A DNA stretch of 64,000 nucleotides from Terriglobia bacterium (lineage in GTDB: Bacteria; Acidobacteriota; Terriglobia; Terriglobales; Acidobacteriaceae), in assembly GCA_963758435.1 (NCBI GenBank), contig CAVWVN010000010.1, positions 3,227 through 67,226 on the forward strand, written 5' to 3'. The position numbers and the translations under genes were made by a program. Shown piece by piece: positions 1-7,794 of this stretch. Below the pieces are notes generated by a model. It was not told the origin of the DNA, ran no database searches, and saw only the letters and a program-made list of their open reading frames with translations. Positions within the stretch are counted from its first letter, which is position 1, and every line of letters begins with the position of its first letter.

Positions 1-1
1 G

Positions 2-814
2 ATAAAGGCGCGCAAGGATTTCGACCTGCGGGAACTGTTTCCCTATATCAACGAAACCGCGCTGTTCAAGAACCAGTGGCAGCTGAAAACGGCGTCGCAG
101 GAAGACTATCTCCGCCTGGTGGAAGAGAAATTCCGTCCCATCAAAAAGAAGTTGGAAGAAGAAGTCATTGCCAGCGGAATCCTTGAACCAAAAGCCGTTT
201 ACGGATATTTTCCCGCGCAGAGCGAGGGCAATGACACCATTGTGTACGACCCGGCTTCGTGTGGCGCGGGCGCCCCCGCCCGTGAAACTGCCGACGCTCC
301 CGCCGCACCCAAGGAGCTTCTGCGCTTCACCTTCCCGCGTCAGCGCGAGGGCCGCAAGCTCTCCATCTCTGACTTCTTCGCTCCCAAGTCATCGGGAAAA
401 ATGGACGTCATCGGATTGTCCCTGGTCACCATGGGCGCCCACGCATCGGTAGAGACGCAGAAGCTATTCGAAGCCGGAGAGTACACCAAGTATCTCTACC
501 TGCACGGCCTCAGCGTGGAAACCGCCGAAGCCCTGGCCGAATACCTGCACAAAAAGATGCGCGAAGAGCTGGGCATCGCCGGTGAAGACTCGCCCCACAT
601 CCGCGACTTGTTCCACCAGAAGTATCGCGGCTCGCGCTATTCCTTTGGCTATCCCGCATGTCCGAATCTGGAAGACCAGACCAAGCTGTTCGCCCTGCTC
701 CATCCCGAGGAAAATATCGGAGTGCGCCTGACTACCGGATTTCTTCTGGATCCCGAGCAGTCCACTTCAGCCATCGTGGTGCATCACCCGGGAGCGAAGT
801 ATTTCGTGGTGTAA
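2..814 (+). CDS. metH: cobalamin-dependent methionine synthase, C-terminal reactivation (AdoMet-binding) domain; 5' end lies outside the window
   Basis: Frame is open from nt 2 (IKARKDFDLRELFPYINETALFKNQWQLK...). LHGLSVETAEALAEYLH...RYSFGYPACPNLEDQ fits the MetH activation domain. Confidence 0.8.
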   Translation: MKARKDFDLRELFPYINETALFKNQWQLKTASQEDYLRLVEEKFRPIKKKLEEEVIASGILEPKAVYGYFPAQSEGNDTIVYDPASCGAGAPARETADAPAAPKELLRFTFPRQREGRKLSISDFFAPKSSGKMDVIGLSLVTMGAHASVETQKLFEAGEYTKYLYLHGLSVETAEALAEYLHKKMREELGIAGEDSPHIRDLFHQKYRGSRYSFGYPACPNLEDQTKLFALLHPEENIGVRLTTGFLLDPEQSTSAIVVHHPGAKYFVV

Positions 815-845
815 GCGCATTTCCCCGCCGAGCAGGAAAATACTC

Positions 846-1262
846 TCAGCGTACCCAGGGATCAAAGAAAGCGATGCGGGTAACTTCGAGATGTTTGGTG
901 TCTCGCGTAACCAGCGTAAGGTCGTAGTGCAGGGCGGTGGCAGCGAGAAGCCCGTCAATAACCGGCAGCGGAGATCTCCGCGCAGCCGTACTACCCGCGA
1001 GTCGTCCCCAGCGGTCCGCGACCGCCTGATCGATCGGGAGGATGCGGTTCGAGAACCGAAGCGCCAGGTCCGGTCCAGCCAGGCTTCGAGCGCGGTGCGA
1101 CGCTTGGCGTCGGGCAGGGAAGTGATTCTTTTGCGAATTTCTCCGAGCGTACGCACGCTCAGGTAGAGCAGGCTTTCGTCCGTGGCCTCGATCCATTGCG
1201 TGACCCCTGGGTCCGGCCTGGCCCGCAAGGCGGTGGACTTCGCGATTCAGATCGCGAATGGC
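846..1262 (-). pseudogene. degraded VapC/FitB-type PIN toxin gene (frameshift plus in-frame stop, no antitoxin partner)
   Basis: The N-terminal PIN part (RARPDPGVTQWIEATDESLLYLSVRTLGEIRKRI...RTALEAWLD) is in the frame of ORF 767..1228. The C-terminal part (ILPIDQAVADRWGRL...LPVIDGLLAATALHYDLTLVTRDTKHL) is in the frame of ORF 846..1196. A TGA (plus-strand tca about 1247-1249) interrupts the expected N-terminal region. Confidence 0.6.
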
Positions 1263-1390
1263 CTTCGAAAGTGATCTTCATCTCCTGATTCCGCAGGGGA
1301 CATGGACGGCGTGATCCGGCGACAGCAACTGCGATGCCGACATCGTGCAGATGGACGGACTTCTGTAATAGCCGCGGTCTTGCCGGGGAC

Positions 1391-1897
1391 TTAAGCGCGA
1401 AAATACAGCACCATCAACTCTTCATCCACGTACTCATCGCCGATCTTCAAAGCGCGCCTTTCGCAACTGCAGATCTCAAAGCCCAGAGACTCATAGAGGG
1501 CCTTGGCTGCCGCATTCTGACGGCTGACCGCGAGCGCAACCTGTTCCATGCCGGGCAAAAGCTGCACCAGTCCGATCAGCTCCGCCAGCAAGGCCCGGCC
1601 TACGCCCATCCCGCGGCTCTCTTCCGAGACGTACACCCCCCAGATGCCGCCGCGGTGGCGGATCTTCTCCCCGCGCTGGCGAAAGAATCCAGCCATCCCG
1701 ACGAGTTGCCGATCAATGAAGGCGCCAAGAACAAAGTTGTCGTCGGCGGAGACCAAACGATTCTTGATCGTGTCCAAGGTCGTGGCCTGATGCTCGGTCA
1801 CCGATTCCGTGAAGGCGTGCGGCTCCCGCTCCAGCGCTTCGTGGCGAAGCTGCCGGTAAGACTCGGCATCGAGGTTTGTGAGGCGGCGAATTTCCAT
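1391..1897 (-). CDS. GNAT family N-acetyltransferase
   Basis: 168-aa ORF with an acetyl-CoA binding region (VYVSEESRGMGVGRALLAELI...AKALYESLGF). Confidence 0.9.
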   Translation of the reverse strand: MEIRRLTNLDAESYRQLRHEALEREPHAFTESVTEHQATTLDTIKNRLVSADDNFVLGAFIDRQLVGMAGFFRQRGEKIRHRGGIWGVYVSEESRGMGVGRALLAELIGLVQLLPGMEQVALAVSRQNAAAKALYESLGFEICSCERRALKIGDEYVDEELMVLYFRA

Positions 1898-2200
1898 AGT
1901 CAGTTGTCAGTTACGATCAGTTCTCGGTTCTCAGACCGGCATGATTATAGCGGCCGTGGGCTGACAAACCGCCTCGCCCCATCCGCATCCCAAAACGCCA
2001 TGATCCGCAAATTAAAGTCCCGACAGACCGTTTGTATTCGAGGAAGAAGAACGCGAAGACCTTCACGGCGAGGCCATGGTCCAGGCCTGCAGAGAAACAG
2101 GAGGAGGGAAGCAAGAGTGACCCCTCGCATGGCGATGAGCCTCGCCAGCTTTAGACGAAAGAAGAAGGGGGCGGCTGCAGGCAGGAGAGCTCAAAAAATC

Positions 2201-2262
2201 TGGCGGAGAGGGAGGGATTTGAACCCCCGATACCCGTTAAGGTATGTCCGCTTTCGAGGCGG
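2201..2262 (-). pseudogene. 3' half of a split tRNA-Ser(CGA) gene: anticodon loop, 3' anticodon stem, long variable arm, T-arm, acceptor 3' strand, CCA
   Basis: Minus strand reads CCGCCTCGAAAGCGGACATACCTTAACGGGTATCGGGGGTTCAAATCCCTCCCTCTCCGCCA. There is no matching 5' half nearby. It pairs perfectly with the 5' half at 23051-23090. Confidence 0.85.
2251..2262. repeat. 12-bp direct repeat (att core), left copy: plus-strand CTTTCGAGGCGG
   Basis: Identical 12-mer at 23051-23062. Flanking bases differ on both sides of both copies. Confidence 0.8.
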
Positions 2263-2310
2263 CCCGTAATCCGTCGATAAACCATTCTACGTCAATGGCT
2301 TAGAGTTTTG

Positions 2311-2330
2311 AAGGGTGCAGTAAGGGTGCA
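2311..2330 (+). promoter_or_regulatory. tandem AAGGGTGCA repeats between the att junction and int (candidate integrase arm-type sites)
   Basis: AAGGGTGCA at 2311-2319 and 2322-2330. A related AGGGTGCAAT inverted pair lies at 21864-21904 next to a tRNA-Asp-like relic. Confidence 0.3.
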
Positions 2331-2488
2331 AATAAGAAACTCGCAGCCATTTTTCGTCAGGGATTTTCTCGAAAGCAACTGCCGACTTCGCCCGCGGGGC
2401 GCCGCTTTCGGCTGTGTGACAGCTCTTGGTCGCGCGTTTGCGCGAAATCGAAAGCTGAACAACAATTCCAGCGCAGAGAGCAGGTTTC

Positions 2489-3697
2489 ATGGCACGCGGA
2501 CGTGCGCGTTATCAACGAGGCCGGGTCGTCGCTACCAAGGGCGGCGGCTGGGAGATCCACTACAACGTCTACTTGACCGATCCCACAACCGGCAAACCAA
2601 AGCGACATCACCGCAGTCGGGTCGTGGGCTATAAGCCGAAGATGCACCGGGCCGACGCAGAGAAGATCTTGGCCGCTGAACTGGCTGCCATCAACGGCGG
2701 TCCAGTCACCCGAGCGGCAGACGGGACAATCACATTTGGCAATTGGATGCGGAATTTCTACATCCCCATGCGCGGTGCCAACTGGCGCGACGCGACGCGA
2801 CGCACCAACCTCGACTACCTCACCAGCCATGTCTATCCAATCCTCGAACACGTCGCGCTCAAAGACGTCACCAAGTTTCAGGTGCAGATGCTACTCAACC
2901 GGCTGGCCGCGGAAGAATACTCGTACACGGTTGTTTATCATGTGCGCGACCTGATCAAAGCGGCCTTGGCCGAGGCCTTGGACCAAGAGGTCCTAGAGCG
3001 AAACGTCGCGCGCAAGACTGTCATTCCCGAGATAGAGGAGTCCGACAAGCCGGTTCTCCCCGTCGAAATGTACGCCAAGCTTCTGGCCGGTCTTGACGGT
3101 ATCCGTGACCGCGCCATCTTTCTGATTGCATGTTTTTGCGCCTTGCGACCGAGCGAGCTCTTCGGCCTGACCTGGGGATGCTACACCGGCAATGTATTCA
3201 CCATCGTGAATACCGCGTGGCGGGGTCGGCTGCAGCGCAAGAAAATCAAACGCAAGAACCGCTACGGGCGCACCAATTACAGGCTGGTCGCAATCCCCCA
3301 AGCCGTGCGCAAGGTGATCGACTTGTGGAGGGCGAGGTGCCCGAACCCGGACGCCAATGCCCTCATGTTCCCTGGGATGCAAGCGCGTGCGCGAAAGCCA
3401 CTGGCGACGCCGATCCATTCGGACAATTGGCTGCGCTTGCGCCTGTACCCGGTCGCGAAGACACTCGGAATGGGATTTCACCCTACTTTTCAGGTCCTCC
3501 GGAGGAGCTTCTCCACGCATGGCAAGACAGAAGCACACCCAACTGAGATGCAGGCCCAACTCGGACACAGCGACATTCGCACCACCCTGAACATCTATAC
3601 GCAGATTACGGACCCGGAAGTAGCCAGAATGGTGAACCAGGTCACCAACCGCATACTTGGCTTGGGTGAGGAGGTTGAGCCGGGCTCGGTTCAGTGA
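2489..3697 (+). CDS. int: tyrosine-type site-specific integrase
   Basis: 402 aa. The C-terminal catalytic region has ALRPSELFGL, HPTFQVLRRSF and LGHSDIRTTLNIYTQ (R...H-x-x-R...Y pattern). It lies adjacent to the att junction. Confidence 0.9.
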   Translation: MARGRARYQRGRVVATKGGGWEIHYNVYLTDPTTGKPKRHHRSRVVGYKPKMHRADAEKILAAELAAINGGPVTRAADGTITFGNWMRNFYIPMRGANWRDATRRTNLDYLTSHVYPILEHVALKDVTKFQVQMLLNRLAAEEYSYTVVYHVRDLIKAALAEALDQEVLERNVARKTVIPEIEESDKPVLPVEMYAKLLAGLDGIRDRAIFLIACFCALRPSELFGLTWGCYTGNVFTIVNTAWRGRLQRKKIKRKNRYGRTNYRLVAIPQAVRKVIDLWRARCPNPDANALMFPGMQARARKPLATPIHSDNWLRLRLYPVAKTLGMGFHPTFQVLRRSFSTHGKTEAHPTEMQAQLGHSDIRTTLNIYTQITDPEVARMVNQVTNRILGLGEEVEPGSVQ

Positions 3698-3760
3698 GAT
3701 GGCCGGGAAATTCGAAGCCCAGAGCTCCCCTGATAAAATAAGAATGAAACTGGTGGGTGC

Positions 3761-3850
3761 GGAGAGATGGCCGAGTGGCTGAAGGCGCGCGCCTCGAAAG
3801 CGTGTATACCTTTACGGGTATCGGGGGTTCGAATCCCTCTCTCTCCGCCA
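3761..3850 (+). tRNA. tRNA-Ser (anticodon CGA), intact, island-borne
   Basis: GGAGAGA/TCTCTCC acceptor, GCC/GGC D-stem, CGCGC-CTCGAAA-GCGTG anticodon arm, ATACC/GGTAT variable arm, GGGGG-TTCGAAT-CCCTC T-arm, encoded CCA. Folded by hand. Confidence 0.9.
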
Positions 3851-3920
3851 GACTTTAAGCCAGGGCTGACGCCGTCGTGCAAGCAGGGAAGTGCGCTTCC
3901 ATCAGGTGTCCCTGCCATCG

Positions 3921-3995
3921 TCGGCAGCCGAAACCGGTTCGGTTAGAACGCTGCCCTGTCACCGACTTCCCGACATCGATCGGGTATTCGTTGTT
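3921..3995 (+). pseudogene. decayed tRNA-Asp(GTC)-like sequence (relic A)
   Basis: GGTTCGGTTAGAACGCTGCCCTGTCACCGAC resembles a tRNA-Asp D-arm plus anticodon arm. The downstream T-arm is unrecognisable and no cloverleaf forms. Confidence 0.35.
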
Positions 3996-4045
3996 TCCTC
4001 GCAGAGCACACCTTTAGCCCGCCAATTCTCTCTTACATTCGTCAC

Positions 4046-4120
4046 GGGCCGCTTCACTCAAAATTAGAACGCCTGCCTATCACGCAGGAGGCCGCGGGTT
4101 CGAGTCCAGTCGCTCCCGCC
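4046..4120 (+). pseudogene. decayed tRNA-Asp-like gene (relic B) with loop CTATCAC (anticodon ATC)
   Basis: TTAGAACGCCTGCCTATCACGCAGGAGGCCGCGGGTTCGAGTCCAGTCGCTCCCGCC matches tRNA-Asp closely. However, the 5' strand GGGCCGC cannot pair with CGCTCCC and the T-stem has a mismatch. Confidence 0.5.
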
Positions 4121-4127
4121 GAGTCTC

Positions 4128-4400
4128 GTGGGCCGCCGCAACCATGAGGCGAATGACCTAGAATATCGAACGGGAGGAGAATGCGTGCTTCGTCGGCGTC
4201 CCGTGCGCGTGCTGGTCGCATTAAGTGGCGTTGTTCTCGTCACATATGTCGGCTATCGCGTAGTTCCCGTGAACGCCACAACCGTCGGGTTCGCCTACTT
4301 GCTCCTGATCCTGATTGTCGCCAGCACCTCCGGATTTCTTGAGGCGGCCCTGTCCTCGTTACCTGCCACGCTCCTGTTCAACTTCTTCTTCCTGCCCGGA
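4128..4400 (+). pseudogene. N-terminal DUF4118-type membrane domain fragment of a sensor histidine kinase (truncated)
   Basis: VNATTVGFAYLLLILIVASTSGFLEAALSSLPATLLFNFFFLPG fits the DUF4118 pattern. The ORF then runs into unrelated sequence and stops at 4481, with no kinase core. Confidence 0.5.
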
Positions 4401-4486
4401 GTCCGGATCGGGCTTATAATTTCACAACGCTATATCGTCCTCCTTCGCCCGAACTACATCGGCGTGGACACGAGCAGCTGAGGTAA

Positions 4487-6406
4487 ATGGAATTGCCGAT
4501 CTGGTCGATACACGAAGTTAGGTGCCAGCACTATTTTGCTGCTATTGCTATGTACTTTGCTCTCGCCGCATCAGCTGTCTGCGGTGAGCCATTGCGTCCG
4601 ATCAAAGCAAATTCGAACCACAGTCCATCTGGGGTTCTGCGCGACGGTGTTCTCAGGATTGCGCTTGAAATTGCACGCGGAGAATGGCATCCGGAAGCTG
4701 ACGACGGTATGGCACTCGCCGTATACGCATTTGGTGAAGTTGGACACCCGCTGCAAAATCCGGGCCCACTCATCCGCGTGCCGCAAGGTACAGAGATCCG
4801 TGCTTCCTTGCGGAACACGCTTGCCGTACCCATCACCGTGCATGGCTTACGCAGTTCAAGCGGTGATGTGGGCTTGCGTATCTCGCCTGGAGCGGTAGAG
4901 CAGGTCGCCTTCAAAGCGACAACACCGGGTCTCTATTTCTATTGGGGTGCATCCGAAGTTGACGACCTTAAGCTCCGTAACGGCATTGACTCAGAGTTGA
5001 CCGGTGCTTTTGTGGTCGACCCACCGAATACAAGCCCTCGTGACGAAATTTTCCTGATGGAGATGATGTCGGAGCGCCCCGGTCCAAGTGCAAGGCAAAC
5101 GCTGGCCACCGTTAATGGCAAGTCCTGGCCCTACACCCAACGATTTTCATACGCCGTGGGCGACTTGGTGCGCTGGCGATGGATCAACGCTACCAACGAG
5201 CCGCATGCGCTGCACCTGCATGGCTTCTACTACAACATTGACGCCTTCAATCGCGGCGGACGAGTGGAGAATTACCCGGCAGATTCACGCCCCACAGTTG
5301 TAACCCAGCGCATCGCTCAGGGAGAGACGTTCGACATGAGCTGGACACCTGCTCGGTCCGGGAACTGGCTTTTCCACTGCCATATGTTTCAACACATGAT
5401 TCGTCCAATCGTGCCGAAAGTACCCGGCCTCGTGATGACGGCGGGCGTCACGCACGCAGACGAACATATGACGGAGCACGAAGTCCCCGGAATGGGACAG
5501 ATGGTGTTGGGCATAACTGTGCCGGGAAATTCAAATGCGGGAACTAGTCCCGCTTGGCATGCCGATCGCAAGATTCAACTAGAGATCGAGGAACGGAGTG
5601 GCGCGCCACGTTACTTGCTTCGCCTGCACGATGATGCAGAATCCAGAAATGTCTCCACAGAGTCTGAGATGGCCAGATCCGGGTTGATTGGTCCTCCAAT
5701 TGTGCTCACGCGCAGCCAACCCGTGGAAATTGAGGTAGTAAACAAACTGAAAGATCCAACTGCGATTCATTGGCATGGAATCGAGCTCGAGAGCTATTAC
5801 GACGGAGTGCCCGGATGGACGGGTTCGGGCAGTCAGATCACGCCTCCGATTGGGCCAGGAACATCGTTTGTTGCTCGAATGGCGCCTCCTCGTGCTGGCA
5901 CCTTCATCTATCACACGCACTGGCACGATCCGTCGCAGCTCACCAATGGCCTCTACGGGCCTTTGATCGTGTTGCCGCCAGGAGAAAAGTTTGACCCCTC
6001 ATTAGACCTCACGTTTCTGTTCAGCATCGGCGACTTTGGCGCATTGCAAGAAATGGCACTGATCAATGGAACGCCACAAAGCAAAACACTCCAATTGCAG
6101 ACAGGTAAGAATTACCGCTTTCGATTCATCAACATCTCGACGAACAATCAGGGAATGCAAGTGTCACTTCACGGCACAAATGGTCCCGTAGAGTGGCTGA
6201 ATATTGCGAAGGATGGCGCTGACCTACCGGCGCAAGCTGTGTATACAACCAAAGCGCAATTGACGATTACGGTAGGCGAAACTTACGACGTTCGGTTCTC
6301 AACGTCTACGCAGCAGGATTTGTTGCTCGACTTGCTTCTACCCGCCCAGAAAATCCACACGACACAAACGCTTTCTTTCGCGGCGTCCCCGTCTAATCCG
6401 AAGTAG
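4487..6406 (+). CDS. multicopper oxidase family protein (secreted)
   Basis: Copper-ligand motifs HALHLHGFYY, HCHMFQH, IHWHGIE and YHTHWHD. The true start may be the internal Met at about 4550 (MYFALAASAVCG signal-like). Confidence 0.85.
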   Translation: MELPIWSIHEVRCQHYFAAIAMYFALAASAVCGEPLRPIKANSNHSPSGVLRDGVLRIALEIARGEWHPEADDGMALAVYAFGEVGHPLQNPGPLIRVPQGTEIRASLRNTLAVPITVHGLRSSSGDVGLRISPGAVEQVAFKATTPGLYFYWGASEVDDLKLRNGIDSELTGAFVVDPPNTSPRDEIFLMEMMSERPGPSARQTLATVNGKSWPYTQRFSYAVGDLVRWRWINATNEPHALHLHGFYYNIDAFNRGGRVENYPADSRPTVVTQRIAQGETFDMSWTPARSGNWLFHCHMFQHMIRPIVPKVPGLVMTAGVTHADEHMTEHEVPGMGQMVLGITVPGNSNAGTSPAWHADRKIQLEIEERSGAPRYLLRLHDDAESRNVSTESEMARSGLIGPPIVLTRSQPVEIEVVNKLKDPTAIHWHGIELESYYDGVPGWTGSGSQITPPIGPGTSFVARMAPPRAGTFIYHTHWHDPSQLTNGLYGPLIVLPPGEKFDPSLDLTFLFSIGDFGALQEMALINGTPQSKTLQLQTGKNYRFRFINISTNNQGMQVSLHGTNGPVEWLNIAKDGADLPAQAVYTTKAQLTITVGETYDVRFSTSTQQDLLLDLLLPAQKIHTTQTLSFAASPSNPK

Positions 6407-6451
6407 GTCGTTGCTTTGCGGCGGCAACGCTCTGAAGCTCCGTAAGCTGGC

Positions 6452-7459
6452 CTAGTACACGTCTAAGTCTTTTCCAATTACGAATTTTCCCGAATATTGC
6501 GAGCCGATCTCTTTCTGAAGCATTTCCGGTGAAGCGTAGAGAGCATCCGCACCACCTTTGGGCGGAAGAAGCCGGGGAGGCGCAATCCCCGGCGGAAAGC
6601 TAACGGTGTGGTAGATAACGAGCAGCTTCGGCTTGGCCTTGTTCGCCAACTCCGCGAGCTGTCCGGTCGTCGTATGGTATTTCGCTACGAACGACTGGAT
6701 GCTTTCGGGCATCTTGGCCAGCAACTCCACAGGTTGCGCTTCGTGGATCAGTACGTCACAGCCGCTGCAGGCGTTGATCGTTGCCTCAACCGGATTTGTG
6801 TCGCCTGAGATCACAATACTGCGATCCGGCGTATCGAAACGATAGCCATAACTCTCCATCGCATGTTTCGTCGCAAATGCCGTGACGGTGACCTTTTCGT
6901 CCTTGTAGATGACTCCCGGTTTTACTTCGTGGGCGTTCACTTTGGCCCCATCAGGAAAGCGGCGCTGGTTTCCGTCAGGATTCGTACGCGTCTCGATGTC
7001 GACGCGATACGCCTCCAAAATGTGCTCGGTCATCGATCGCATTCCGGGCGGACCGTATACTTCCAGCGGGACCGTCCGTCCCGATGTCCATCCAGTCAGG
7101 ATTAGGTCAGAATAGCCAGCCGTGTGATCGGAATGGAGGTGGGTCACAAAGGCCACCTTCAGATTGCCGGGTTCGACTGCCGGAATCTTTCTGTTGAGAG
7201 CAGCGGACTCTGCTCTGCGCACAACGCCTGGTCCAAAATCAATAAGGTAAGCGTGATCGTCAACAACGATAGCGGTTGCCGGGCCGGAACGATCGGGATC
7301 GGGAACTGGCGTGCCGGTCCCGAGGAGCACTACTCTGGTTCGGGCTGCATGCTGGCTGGGCGACTCGCTGGTCGCCTGTTGGGCTGCAGCGGTTACCGTC
7401 ATCAATATCGAAAGAAAAAATACAAACACAATGCGCCAGCATTCCATGAGGCCCCCCAA
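6452..7459 (-). CDS. MBL-fold metallo-hydrolase (RNase Z/beta-lactamase superfamily), signal peptide
   Basis: HLHSDHTAG motif, downstream H/D ligands, and a hydrophobic N-terminus ending AAAQQ. Confidence 0.85.
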   Translation of the reverse strand: MGGLMECWRIVFVFFLSILMTVTAAAQQATSESPSQHAARTRVVLLGTGTPVPDPDRSGPATAIVVDDHAYLIDFGPGVVRRAESAALNRKIPAVEPGNLKVAFVTHLHSDHTAGYSDLILTGWTSGRTVPLEVYGPPGMRSMTEHILEAYRVDIETRTNPDGNQRRFPDGAKVNAHEVKPGVIYKDEKVTVTAFATKHAMESYGYRFDTPDRSIVISGDTNPVEATINACSGCDVLIHEAQPVELLAKMPESIQSFVAKYHTTTGQLAELANKAKPKLLVIYHTVSFPPGIAPPRLLPPKGGADALYASPEMLQKEIGSQYSGKFVIGKDLDVY

Positions 7460-7794
7460 CAGAACTTGGATGTAAAGTGCACACTATAACTCGTGATCAT
7501 ACCGCATGCGCAAGTGAGGGCGGTTCGGGAGCAATCATTGTGATTGTGACGAAGGCGAAAACAGCCGCGTGAATTGCTTTCCGGCGGCAATGCTACTTGA
7601 GATGCGACGACTCCCCTCTCGCGATAACTTCCTGTTTGCCGACAATTCGGGAGCTATCGCAGGAGTGCCTCGATCGAGCCGAAAAGCTGAGCGCGTCACA
7701 GGGCCAGATAATCGCATTCCATTTAGGAAGCTAATCCATTGACGCGCATATCCCCCGCTCCTAACATGGCAGGGCAAGGGTTCGCGCCAGCCCA

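Noticed and set aside
2201-3850. The inverted tRNA-Ser fragment (2201-2262, minus) and the intact tRNA-Ser (3761-3850, plus) flanking int could be the product of an inversion between two tRNA-Ser genes. They could also be attL/attR of a tiny 1.5-kb element.
   Set aside because: Recombination between two complete genes would give two chimeric but complete tRNAs, not a half. The missing 5' half was found at 23051-23090 in the same orientation as the fragment, with a 12-bp direct repeat. The two tRNA sequences also differ at 17/90 positions.
3691-3918. 75-aa ORF on the minus strand.
   Set aside because: It lies entirely antisense to the tRNA-Ser gene and its flanks, with no RBS or homology signal.
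4046-4120. Possible functional tRNA with the unusual anticodon ATC (tRNA-Asp-like).
   Set aside because: The acceptor strands GGGCCGC and CGCTCCC pair at only 3 of 7 positions, the T-stem has a G-A mismatch, and the D-arm is degenerate. It was called a pseudogene. tRNAscan-SE should confirm.
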